Of a DNA stretch of 64,000 nt, positions 8,859 to 17,544 are shown one piece after another. Numbering within the stretch: the stretch's first letter is position 1; the number at the start of each line of letters is the position of its first letter. The stretch comes from an uncultured Acidobacteriota bacterium (GTDB taxonomy: Bacteria > Actinomycetota > Acidimicrobiia > Spongiisociales > ZC4RG35), in NCBI GenBank assembly GCA_963746905.1, contig CAVVCY010000003.1:1031296-1095295 (forward strand), in the 5' to 3' direction. Below the pieces are notes generated by a model. That model made no database searches and was not told the DNA's origin. It saw only the letters and a list, made by a program, of their open reading frames with translations. The translations under genes were made by a program, and so were the position numbers.

Positions 8859-10532
8859 GTGCCCCTGGCTGAGGAGACCATGACCACACCCTTCGAGATC
8901 TCTGATCGATTCACGGAGCAATGGTCCGACCTGACCCCGATCGACGCCACGATTCAAGGTGTCGAAGGTCGTGACCACCTGTGGGACGATTTCACCCCCG
9001 ATGGCGAGGCGGCACGGGCCGACCTCGCCCGATCCACCAGGGAAGAGCTCATCGGGCATCTGAGCGATCCCGACCCCAAGCAGGCGTTCGCCGCCAAGGT
9101 CCTCGCCTCCTGGATGAAGAAGAAGGTGACGGTCTACGAGCGGGGCAAGTGGAAGAGCGACCTGAACCACATCTACAGCCCCTACCAACGCGCCAGGGAC
9201 ACCTTCGATGTGATGCCCAAGGAAGGCGAAGAGGCCTGGTCCAACATCGCTACCCGTCTTGAGACCTTCGGACAGGTGACCGACGGATATCGGGCGGCGC
9301 TCCAGGTCGGGCTCGATGACGGGGTGACCGCCGCTCAGCGTCAGGTGCGGACCCTGATCGAGCAAGCGCGCGCCGTTGCGGCCGAGGAGTCGCGATTTGC
9401 AGGTTTTCCGAATGAGGCATCGACCGGCGGTGGCGATCCGACGAGGGTCGCGGACGCGGTCAACAAGACACGCGCCGCCAGTGGTGAGTTTGCAGATTGG
9501 TTGGAGCAGACCTATCTGCCCGCGGCCACCCCCGAGGATGCCGTTGGTGAGGAGCGATATCTCCTCAATGTCGACGACTTCTTGGGGATGAGCATCGATC
9601 CTCGCGAGACCTATGAGTGGGGCTGGTCAGAGGTCCACCGCCTCCGCGAAGAGATGCGCGCTACCGCCGCCGAGATCGACGGGTCGATGAAAGTCGAGGA
9701 GGTGATCGAGTTGCTCGACACCGATCCGGCGCATGCCGCTCCCGATCACGAGACCTTTGCCCGTTTCGTCCAGGAAATCCAGGACACGGCGGTCCAGCAG
9801 CTCGATGGGACCCACTTCGATGTCCCGGGCCCCCTGAAGCGAGTGACGGTGAATCTTGCCCCACCCGGCGGCAGCCTCGGGGCCTGGTACATCTCGCCGT
9901 CCGAGGATCTGTCCCGGCCCGGGTCGATTTGGTACGCACCGGGCGAGCGGATCCGGATCCCGTACTGGTCGGAGGTCTCGACCGCCTATCACGAGGGTTT
10001 TCCGGGACACCATCTCCAGGTGGGGATGTCGGTGGTCAACGCAGATCAACAGTCCCGGTTCCACCGACTGTTCATCTGGTACTCGGGCGCAGGCGAGGGC
10101 TGGGCCCTCTACGCGGAGCGCCTCATGGATGAGCTGGGCTACTTCGAGAAGCCCGAGTATCGACTCGGGCTATTGGCGAGCCAATTGTTCCGGGCCACGC
10201 GTGTCGTGCTCGACATCGGAACCCAGCTGCAACTCGCTATCCCGGGCGATGCACCGCTCCATGCCGGGGCGACCTGGGACTACGAGATCGGGGTCGACTA
10301 CATCGAGAAGGTCGGGATCCAGGCTCGGGACGTGGCCGAATCGGAAGTGAAGCGCTATCTCGGCTGGTATGCACAGGCGATCTCCTACAAGGTGGGGGAG
10401 CGGGTCATCCTCGACATCCGCGACCAGGTGATGACTCGTGACGGCGCCGCCTTTGATCGGAAGGACTTTCACCGCAGGGTGCTCGACGCCGGCGCCATCC
10501 GACTCGATCACCTGCGTGAGGCGATGGTTTGA
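8859..10532 (+). CDS. DUF885 family protein (putative metallopeptidase)
   Basis: AYHEGFPGHHLQ, EGWALYAE, QLFRATRVVLD, GQA-like QAISYKVGER motifs. Confidence 0.8.
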   Translation: MPLAEETMTTPFEISDRFTEQWSDLTPIDATIQGVEGRDHLWDDFTPDGEAARADLARSTREELIGHLSDPDPKQAFAAKVLASWMKKKVTVYERGKWKSDLNHIYSPYQRARDTFDVMPKEGEEAWSNIATRLETFGQVTDGYRAALQVGLDDGVTAAQRQVRTLIEQARAVAAEESRFAGFPNEASTGGGDPTRVADAVNKTRAASGEFADWLEQTYLPAATPEDAVGEERYLLNVDDFLGMSIDPRETYEWGWSEVHRLREEMRATAAEIDGSMKVEEVIELLDTDPAHAAPDHETFARFVQEIQDTAVQQLDGTHFDVPGPLKRVTVNLAPPGGSLGAWYISPSEDLSRPGSIWYAPGERIRIPYWSEVSTAYHEGFPGHHLQVGMSVVNADQQSRFHRLFIWYSGAGEGWALYAERLMDELGYFEKPEYRLGLLASQLFRATRVVLDIGTQLQLAIPGDAPLHAGATWDYEIGVDYIEKVGIQARDVAESEVKRYLGWYAQAISYKVGERVILDIRDQVMTRDGAAFDRKDFHRRVLDAGAIRLDHLREAMV

Positions 10533-11131
10533 ACAAGAGATCCTTCGATCTGACGACCTCCGAGCCCAATGATCACTACAAGCTGCTGACCGGCCTGGTC
10601 ATCCCTAGACCGATTGGTTGGATCGGGACCATGGCAGGAGATGGGAAGCTCAACCTGGCGCCATTCTCGTTCTTCAACGCCGTGTCCAGTGAGCCGCCGA
10701 TCGTGCTGTTTTCGGCCGGGCGCCACAGCGACCGACCCAAGGACTCGGTGGCCTTCGCCGAGGAGTCGGGGGTGTTCACTGTGAACATCGTCTCAGAAGA
10801 ACTGGCGCCCGCGATGAATCTGTCCTCGGAGACGTTTGCCCCTGAACAGGACGAGTTCGTGATCGCCGGGCTGACACCGGTCATGGGAACCCTCGTCGCG
10901 GCCCCGATGGTGGGTGAGTCACCGGCAAACCTGGAATGTCGGGTGCTGGACGTGATCGACATCGGAACCGAGACCCGGATGGTTCTGGGCGAGGTGGTGA
11001 TGATCCACGTGCGCGACGATGCCCTCGACGGGACGAGGGTCGACTCCGAGGTGATACAAGCGATCGGGCGCCTCTCCGGAAGTTTCTACACGACTACCCG
11101 TGACCGTTTCGAACTGCGCCGACCCGGCTGA
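10529..11131 (+). CDS. Flavin reductase-like FMN-binding protein
   Basis: VIPRPIGWIGT, NLAPFSFFN, GVFTVNIVS, ESPANLECR. Confidence 0.85.
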   Translation: MNKRSFDLTTSEPNDHYKLLTGLVIPRPIGWIGTMAGDGKLNLAPFSFFNAVSSEPPIVLFSAGRHSDRPKDSVAFAEESGVFTVNIVSEELAPAMNLSSETFAPEQDEFVIAGLTPVMGTLVAAPMVGESPANLECRVLDVIDIGTETRMVLGEVVMIHVRDDALDGTRVDSEVIQAIGRLSGSFYTTTRDRFELRRPG

Positions 11132-11135
11132 GGCG

Positions 11136-12299
11136 CTACTTACAGCCGTTGGCGATGAGGGTCGGGTAGGGATTGACGGGCACACCAGCCATATACATCC
11201 CAAAGTGGAGATGGGGATGGGCGCCCTGGGCGTTCCCCGAAGTTCCGACATAACCGATGATGTCTCCGGCGTTGACTTTGCCGTCGGTTTCCTTGGCCGA
11301 GAGATGGCTGCCGATGTACTCGACGCCGTCGGCCCCTTTGAGGTTGAACTGGAGACCGCCGAGGACACCTGTCTTGAACTTCACTGTCCCGGACACCGAG
11401 GCCCGAATCGGGGCGGCGTACTCGGTGAACAAGTCGTTGCCTTCGTGGAACCTGAGCCCGCCGTCCCTGGGGAACCCCCAGTCGTTGTAGAAGCTGGCTT
11501 TTTCAACCGGGCACACCCAGGCTCCCGCTGCGGGAACCTTGAGAGACTGACCAGCCCGGACCAGATTGACATTCGAGATGCCGTTGCTCGAGGCGAGCTT
11601 CGACACTGACGTGCCGTAGTGATTGGCGATGTCGACGAGGCGATCGCCGCGCTGCACTGTGTATGTAGCTGATTCGCTCGTCCCCTGGGAAACGTGTCCT
11701 GGCCCGTCGAGGAAGAGTCGGGTGCCGGTGTAGATGGTGTGATTGGTTATCCCGTTGGCGGTGGCGATGGCCTCAACGGTCACACCTTCGGCTTTGGCGA
11801 TCTGCTCCAGCGTCTCACCCTTTTTCACGATGTGATATCGACGGGAACCAGCGGAGGCCCCGTCGGGCTTCTGAGTGGAGCCGTTGCTGTCGGAGCCACC
11901 TGTGGAGCTCCCCGGGCCACCACCGGACCCTGCTGCTGCACCCGGGATGATCAGCGTCTGATCGGGACGGATCAGGTTGGGGTTGTTGAGCTTGTTGGAC
12001 TTGATCAGCGCGGCAACCGTTGTCCCGTACTTCTTGGCGATGGTGTAGAGACTCTCACCGGGCGCCACTACGTGGGTTTGATCCTTGGTCGGCATTACCA
12101 GCACCTGGCCGACGCGGATCAGGTTGGGATTCGCGATGTGATTGGCGGCGACCAGGTCCGACACCGAGACGTTGTTGTCTCTGGCGATAATGCCAAGCGT
12201 GTCGCCAGGTTGCACGGTGTAGTCCACCGAGAACAGGGCGACGAGAAGAGTGAGCGCCGTGGCTACCGAAGCAGCCCGGACGCGACGATCGACCGGCAT
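11136..12299 (-). CDS. LysM x4 + M23 peptidase (peptidoglycan hydrolase)
   Basis: Four LysM repeats (YTVQPGDTL, HVVAPGESL, HIVKKGETL, YTVQRGDRL) and M23 motifs HEGND and HLH; N-terminal signal. Confidence 0.85.
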   Translation of the reverse strand: MPVDRRVRAASVATALTLLVALFSVDYTVQPGDTLGIIARDNNVSVSDLVAANHIANPNLIRVGQVLVMPTKDQTHVVAPGESLYTIAKKYGTTVAALIKSNKLNNPNLIRPDQTLIIPGAAAGSGGGPGSSTGGSDSNGSTQKPDGASAGSRRYHIVKKGETLEQIAKAEGVTVEAIATANGITNHTIYTGTRLFLDGPGHVSQGTSESATYTVQRGDRLVDIANHYGTSVSKLASSNGISNVNLVRAGQSLKVPAAGAWVCPVEKASFYNDWGFPRDGGLRFHEGNDLFTEYAAPIRASVSGTVKFKTGVLGGLQFNLKGADGVEYIGSHLSAKETDGKVNAGDIIGYVGTSGNAQGAHPHLHFGMYMAGVPVNPYPTLIANGCK

Positions 12300-12344
12300 G
12301 AAGGCACAGCTCCTTCAGCCCCTGAACCGCTCCGCCCGACCACC

Positions 12345-13385
12345 CTAACCCCCGAGACCGCGTTTTCCAGAAAAAACTCGGAGCTGGCCACAGGCGGCAT
12401 CGATGTCCCGTCCCCGGGTGTCCCGGATGGTGACATTGACCCCAAGATCTTCGAGCATCCTCGCAAAAGCCCTGATCACAGTGCCTTTTGAGGCCCTTTC
12501 CTGGGTCAATGGGGTGGGGTTGAGCGCGATGAGATTCACATGGGCGCGCAACCGCAGCGCGATCGGGGCCAATTTCTCGGCCTGGTCGGCTGTGTCGTTG
12601 ACGCCATCCATCATGGTCCACTCGATGGACAGTCGGCGGCGCTTCTTTTCGAGGTATTCGGCCGCTGCCGACTCCAGCTCGGCCAAGGGATACCTCTTGT
12701 TGATCGGCACCAGGCGACTTCTCAACTCGTCGTCGGCCGCGTGCAGGCTGATCGCCAGGTACACCGGCCACGGTTCGTCGGCCAGCATGCGGATCCCGGG
12801 GACCATCCCAACCGTGGAGACGGTGATCGACCGGGCGGAGAGGCCCATGAACTCGATCATCCGACGAATCGCCTCCCTGACCCGTTTGTAGTTGGCCAGA
12901 GGCTCGCCCATCCCCATGAAAACGATGTTGGTGAGATGATCGGGAACCCCGGGCATTCCGATCTGGCGGAGGAATGCTTGAGCGAAGGCGACCTGAGCCA
13001 CGATTTCCCCGGCCTCGAGGTTGCGCTCGAACCCGAACTGCCCCGTCGCACAAAAGGTGCAACCCAGGGCACAGCCCGCCTGACTCGAAATGCAGAGCGT
13101 CGCCCGGCGTGGATAACCCATGAGCACCGATTCGATAGCGGCGCCATCGGGAGCACGGAACAGCCACTTCCGGGTACGGCCCTTGTCTGCGAACTGCTCC
13201 AACTCGACTTCGAACGGCCACAGTTGCCCCTCGAGGCGTTGCCGAATGCTGCCCGGGAGGTTGGTCATGGATTCGGGGCGGAGGACCGGGGTCTTGTAGA
13301 GCCAGTCCCGCAATTGGTCGGCCCGATAACCGGGCTCGCCTTCGAATACATCTCCCAGGCTCTCGGGAGCTTCGAGGTAGGGCAC
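12345..13385 (-). CDS. rlmN: Radical SAM RNA methyltransferase RlmN
   Basis: CISSQAGCALGCTFCATG, MGMGEPLAN, SLHA, HVNLI, DIDAACGQL; probable GTG start at 13385. Confidence 0.92.
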   Translation of the reverse strand: MPYLEAPESLGDVFEGEPGYRADQLRDWLYKTPVLRPESMTNLPGSIRQRLEGQLWPFEVELEQFADKGRTRKWLFRAPDGAAIESVLMGYPRRATLCISSQAGCALGCTFCATGQFGFERNLEAGEIVAQVAFAQAFLRQIGMPGVPDHLTNIVFMGMGEPLANYKRVREAIRRMIEFMGLSARSITVSTVGMVPGIRMLADEPWPVYLAISLHAADDELRSRLVPINKRYPLAELESAAAEYLEKKRRRLSIEWTMMDGVNDTADQAEKLAPIALRLRAHVNLIALNPTPLTQERASKGTVIRAFARMLEDLGVNVTIRDTRGRDIDAACGQLRVFSGKRGLGG

Positions 13386-13389
13386 GTCG

Positions 13390-13710
13390 TCAGCGGATCG
13401 ACTTGGCTTGCTCGATCCAGGATCGAGCTCGTGCCGCGCTGACACTCGCCGCCTCGGCGACCCGGTCAGGTGACGCCGCGGCGAGCTTGGCGGCATTGTC
13501 GATACCGGCGGTCTTCAATCTCACTGCGAACACCGGCCCGATGCCATCGATGACGTCGATCTCGGGGGAAGCCGGTGCCGGCGCACCGGTTCGGAAAGTC
13601 GGCGGCTCGGGCTCGCGCGAGGTGGCAACCGAGATGAATCGGTCCCGCATGGCCCAGACGAGGGCGGCGGCCCCGGCGACGATCCCGACGATCTTGGCGA
13701 GTCGTTTCAT
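13390..13710 (-). CDS. Small membrane-anchored helix-hairpin-helix protein (DUF4332-like)
   Basis: N-terminal hydrophobic helix; IDGIGPVFAVRLKTAGI HhH motif. Confidence 0.6.
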   Translation of the reverse strand: MKRLAKIVGIVAGAAALVWAMRDRFISVATSREPEPPTFRTGAPAPASPEIDVIDGIGPVFAVRLKTAGIDNAAKLAAASPDRVAEAASVSAARARSWIEQAKSIR

Positions 13711-13757
13711 CAAGGAGCCAAGGCTACCCATTTCGGCCTGCCTCTACGCTGGTGGCG

Positions 13758-14777
13758 ATGAAGGTGGACTTCTACTTTCCACCCAGTCCTCCGGAGGGGG
13801 CCGGGGCGGCGGCCCGAGAGGCCGCCCTCCTCGGCTACTCGGGCTTCTTCACCGCCGAGACCCAGTACGACCCGTTCCTGCCACTGGTGCTGGCCGGCGC
13901 CGAGGCGCCGGGCCTCGAGCTCGGCACCGCCATCGCAGTTGCGTTCCCTCGTTCTCCGACGGTGGTGGCGATGACAGCGTGGGACCTCGCCAGGCTCTCC
14001 CGGGGAAAGTTCCTTCTGGGGCTGGGGACACAGGTCCGGGCCCATATCGTTCGCCGCTTCGCCTCGACATGGGACCAGCCGGGCCCGCGGTTGCGCGACT
14101 ACATCCTGGCGTTGAAAGCGATCTGGGAGGCGTGGCAAAACTCGACGCCACTCAAGTACGAGGGGGAGTTCTACAACCTCTCTTTGATGACGCCCTTCTT
14201 CGATCCGGGGCCGATCCCCAATCCGGACATCCCGGTATACATCGCCGGCGTCGGCCCCTATCTGTGCAGGCTGGCAGGCGAGTTATGCGACGGGTTTCAC
14301 GTCCATCCGTTTCACACAACCCGATATCTGGACCGGGTGGTGCTCCCTGGGATCACCGAGGGGGCGCGTCGAGCGGGCCGGGCGTTGGGCGATATCGAAC
14401 TGGCGACGACGGTCTTTGTGATGACCGGGGAGAACGACGCTCAAATCGAAGAGGCGATGAGCGGAGTTCGACAACAGATCTCCTTCTATGCCTCGACTCC
14501 CACGTACAAGCCGGTGTTGGAGTCGAATGACTGGGATTTCGGCGACCAGCTGACCGCCATGTCGAAGCGGGGCGAATGGGGGGAGATGGCGGCTGTGGTC
14601 CCTGACGAGGCTGTCCTCGAAGTGGGCGTTGCCGCGCCCATCGACCGGCTCGGGAATGCGATCAGAGAGCGCTATGGGGATCGGGTGCAGCGGATCGGCT
14701 TCTACGCCATCGGGTCGGGTCTGGACAGCGACCGGGAAGCCTTGACCGAGGTGATCAGGCAGATCCAGGGCAAGTAG
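13758..14777 (+). CDS. F420-dependent LLM-class oxidoreductase (TIGR03617-like)
   Basis: AETQYDPFLPL, GTAIAVAFPRSP, LGLGTQVRAHI, QISFYASTPTY. Confidence 0.8.
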   Translation: MKVDFYFPPSPPEGAGAAAREAALLGYSGFFTAETQYDPFLPLVLAGAEAPGLELGTAIAVAFPRSPTVVAMTAWDLARLSRGKFLLGLGTQVRAHIVRRFASTWDQPGPRLRDYILALKAIWEAWQNSTPLKYEGEFYNLSLMTPFFDPGPIPNPDIPVYIAGVGPYLCRLAGELCDGFHVHPFHTTRYLDRVVLPGITEGARRAGRALGDIELATTVFVMTGENDAQIEEAMSGVRQQISFYASTPTYKPVLESNDWDFGDQLTAMSKRGEWGEMAAVVPDEAVLEVGVAAPIDRLGNAIRERYGDRVQRIGFYAIGSGLDSDREALTEVIRQIQGK

Positions 14778-14901
14778 CCCCCCTCCCCGGCTGCGCCGGT
14801 ACTCCCCCCAACGCTCATTTCATTCGCTGGGGTGAGAAATGGTGTCCTCCCCCAGGAGCGAAGCGACGTTGGGGGAGGTGGCCCGGAGGGCCGGAGGGGG
14901 C
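14775..14901. repeat. Pair of REP-like palindromic elements in inverted arrangement
   Basis: 14775-14840 and 14845-14901 share a C-run/hairpin/G-run architecture; the reverse complement of 14775-14840 closely matches 39770-39835. Confidence 0.65.
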
Positions 14902-14918
14902 AACTCCGACGAGAGACG

Positions 14919-16469
14919 CTAGAAGACCATTGCCTTGGTGGTGTCCACCCGGGGGTCGGCTGCAGTCCTCAGACCGTCGGGGCTGACTTCGATGATCGAG
15001 ACCGGGCCCCAACCGGGCTGACGGTCCGGGAGCTCCTCGATCCGGTGGCCGCGACGTCGCAATTCGTCCAGGGTCGATGATGACACCCCTGGCTCGATCG
15101 CGGATCGCGGTGTCGAGTAGGGACCGTGATCCGAGATCGTCCAACGGGGCGCTGACTGGGCCACGTCCAGTTCCTGGCCGGCGATCACCGCCCTGGCGGC
15201 GATCTGGGCTACCACTTGGGGCTGGACCGAGCCGCCCCTGGTCCCGATGAGCCAGCGAGGCCGGACGCCATGAGTCCAGAGCGTGGGTGACAGCGTGTGC
15301 AACGGTCTCCTGTGTGGCAACAGCTCGTTGGGGTGCCCCAGGGTCAGGGTGAATCCCGCTCCTCGATTGTGGAGGAGAAAGCCCCCTCTAGGAACCCCGA
15401 AGGCTGAGCCGGTTCCCCAATAGTTGGAATGGATGATCGAGACCGCCATTTCATCGGCATCGACCACGCAGAGATATGCGGTGCTCGATTCGGAGCCCAT
15501 GCTCTGGGGCCAGATTCCGGTGCGGTCGCGTTGGACGGTTGCCGCGGCCCGCTGCAGTCGGCCATGGTCCAGCAGAAGACTCGCAGGCAACGGTGCGGTG
15601 TCCGGGTCGGCCACGACATCGTCTCGCTCCCAGGCCACCGATCGGAATGCCTCGATGAGGAGATGCAGCCAGTCCGGGTCGTCAGGATCATCTGGAGGGC
15701 CAACCATCTCGAAGACGGCAAGGGAGGCCGGGCCGAGATAGCCCTGGGAGTTCGGAGGGATGGTCCAGGCGGTGTTCCCGGCCACATCGCAAGAGATCGG
15801 TGTCACCCAATCGGCGTGGGATCGGGCGAGGTCTTCATGCGTGATCGTTCCGTTGAGCTCTGAGACGATCTCACGGGCGGGGTCTCCCCGATAGAAAGCG
15901 TCCCGCCCGTCACTCGCCACAGCTTGCAACGTGGTCGCCAACGGAAATCGGTGGACGACGTCACCTGCGGACACCACATCCCCATCGGGATAGAACTCGT
16001 GGACCGCCGGGTTCTTGGAATAGATGGATGCGGTCAAGCGAAAGGCCTTCGCCTGCTCGGTGGAGACTTCGAACCCTTCCTCGGCGAGCCCGATCGCCGG
16101 CTGGAGGCAGTCGGCGAGTCCCAACACTCCAAGCTCTGCGGAGAGGGTTGCCCACCCGTCCACGCAGCCGGGAACGGTCACGGTCAAAGGGTGATCACGC
16201 GGGATCTCGGCTAGGCCGAGCGAGCGCAGCGTCTCAGGATCTGCGTTGGACCCGGCCCGACCAGAGGCGTTTAGAGCTAGTGGGCGTTCCCATCCCGGGC
16301 GATGGATCAGGGCGAAGAGATCGCCGCCGATGCCGCAGGTCTCCGGAGCCACCACTCCTTGCGCTGCGGTAGCCGCGATCGCAGCATCCACTGCATTGCC
16401 TCCGGCAAGGAGAGCCTGTCGTGCAGCCTCAGCCGACAGGTAGTGGGGGGTGGCGACCGCGTGCGTCAG
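14919..16469 (-). CDS. ggt: Gamma-glutamyltransferase family protein
   Basis: AVATPH, GGNAVDAAIAA, CGIGGDLF, PPNSQG, SSTAYLCVVD, LHNRG, HTLSP, AADPR; only a CTG is available at the expected start. Confidence 0.85.
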   Translation of the reverse strand: MTHAVATPHYLSAEAARQALLAGGNAVDAAIAATAAQGVVAPETCGIGGDLFALIHRPGWERPLALNASGRAGSNADPETLRSLGLAEIPRDHPLTVTVPGCVDGWATLSAELGVLGLADCLQPAIGLAEEGFEVSTEQAKAFRLTASIYSKNPAVHEFYPDGDVVSAGDVVHRFPLATTLQAVASDGRDAFYRGDPAREIVSELNGTITHEDLARSHADWVTPISCDVAGNTAWTIPPNSQGYLGPASLAVFEMVGPPDDPDDPDWLHLLIEAFRSVAWERDDVVADPDTAPLPASLLLDHGRLQRAAATVQRDRTGIWPQSMGSESSTAYLCVVDADEMAVSIIHSNYWGTGSAFGVPRGGFLLHNRGAGFTLTLGHPNELLPHRRPLHTLSPTLWTHGVRPRWLIGTRGGSVQPQVVAQIAARAVIAGQELDVAQSAPRWTISDHGPYSTPRSAIEPGVSSSTLDELRRRGHRIEELPDRQPGWGPVSIIEVSPDGLRTAADPRVDTTKAMVF

Positions 16470-17086
16470 GACAGTTTGAGGTCGGGGAGGAAGCGGTTCA
16501 GGGCGTCGAGCACGGCTCTGACCACGGCCCGGCCCTCCTCGTCCTCCACATACGCACAACCGATCAGCATCCGCTCGCTGGCCTCGGTGACCACCACCAC
16601 CTGGGCGACGGCAACCTTCCGATTGCCGAGGAGCGGCACGTCCATGGAGTTGATGGCCAGTGCCGCCTCCTTGTGAATCCCCTGGCGGACCGCATCCAGA
16701 GTGGCATCTGCGATCTGGCGGGCCCGGGTCGAAGCGGCCGCGGCACCGTTGGCGGTGCCGGACAGGATCTCGTTCTCCCAACGAAGGCTCACGGTGACCT
16801 CGGCTCTCGAGCCTTCCAGGGTCTCCGCCACGTCGATCAGGGCCGGGCGGAACCCACCCTCCAGGTCGCCATCAGCTAGCTGCACGACGGAAACGACACG
16901 CCGATCGATCTCCTGGCCATAGAGGGCCTGGCTGAGGGATTGGACGTCGCGCACCAGTTGTTTGGGCGGCTTGTTACGTCGGGCGAGGACATGGATCTCG
17001 GAGATGTGCCCATTTCCGTAGACAACCCGCGCCGCCTCGACTCCATCAATCCGGCCGATCTTCTCTTGAAATGCGACTATGTCCAT
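16466..17086 (-). CDS. Conserved hypothetical protein; C-terminal half resembles the LeuA allosteric domain
   Basis: EIHVLA..KQLVRDVQS..IDRRVVSVVQL N-domain; C-domain AEVTVSL..SGTANG..ATLDAV..GRAVVRAVLDALNR. Confidence 0.6.
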   Translation of the reverse strand: MDIVAFQEKIGRIDGVEAARVVYGNGHISEIHVLARRNKPPKQLVRDVQSLSQALYGQEIDRRVVSVVQLADGDLEGGFRPALIDVAETLEGSRAEVTVSLRWENEILSGTANGAAAASTRARQIADATLDAVRQGIHKEAALAINSMDVPLLGNRKVAVAQVVVVTEASERMLIGCAYVEDEEGRAVVRAVLDALNRFLPDLKLS

Positions 17087-17424
17087 TACCCGGTCAGGGT
17101 ACATCCGGGTGTCATCCCCTGACGGGATAGTCGCTCGTCCCCTTGTCGCGGGAAGCCAACAGGTCTAGATTGCGTGGCGCTGGAGCTATTCATGGGAATG
17201 TGGGGCAACCGAGGTCTTTGACTCGCTTGCCTCGGTCCGTGGCGGGCGAAGTCAGGGGCCTCTTTGACATGTGAAGAGTTCCCGTGAAAGCGGGAACCGG
17301 GTGAGACCGGCGTCAGACGTCGGCCTTGTAAAGCAATTGGACGCCATCTACCCCAGCGGAGCGGAACGTCTGGTCGACAACACAACGTCGGCCAAATACG
17401 AGAACCGAAGGTGAGCGTCACAGC

Positions 17425-17506
17425 ATGAAGGCCCGTTTGGTCCGAATTTCCGCTGCTGCCGCCAGCCTCGCTGCCGTGTTGGCCGCGAACTCGCTGTATC
17501 GGCTGA
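17425..17506 (+). CDS. Candidate small peptide (MKARLVRISAAAASLAAVLAANSL...), read in frame into the HD-GYP gene in this assembly
   Basis: ATG with AAGGTGA SD; basic then Ala/Leu-rich; out-of-frame TGA at 17504-17506; atypical codons follow. Confidence 0.5.
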
Positions 17507-17544
17507 CGAACGACGCCGGCTCACCACACACATCAGGGTCTCCC

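Noticed and set aside
17270-17310. Group II intron domain V or a canonical c-di-GMP-I/II riboswitch
   Set aside because: The GAAA hairpin lacks the AGC triad and DV geometry, and the GEMM or c-di-GMP-II consensus blocks are not matched by eye; kept only as an unclassified structured leader
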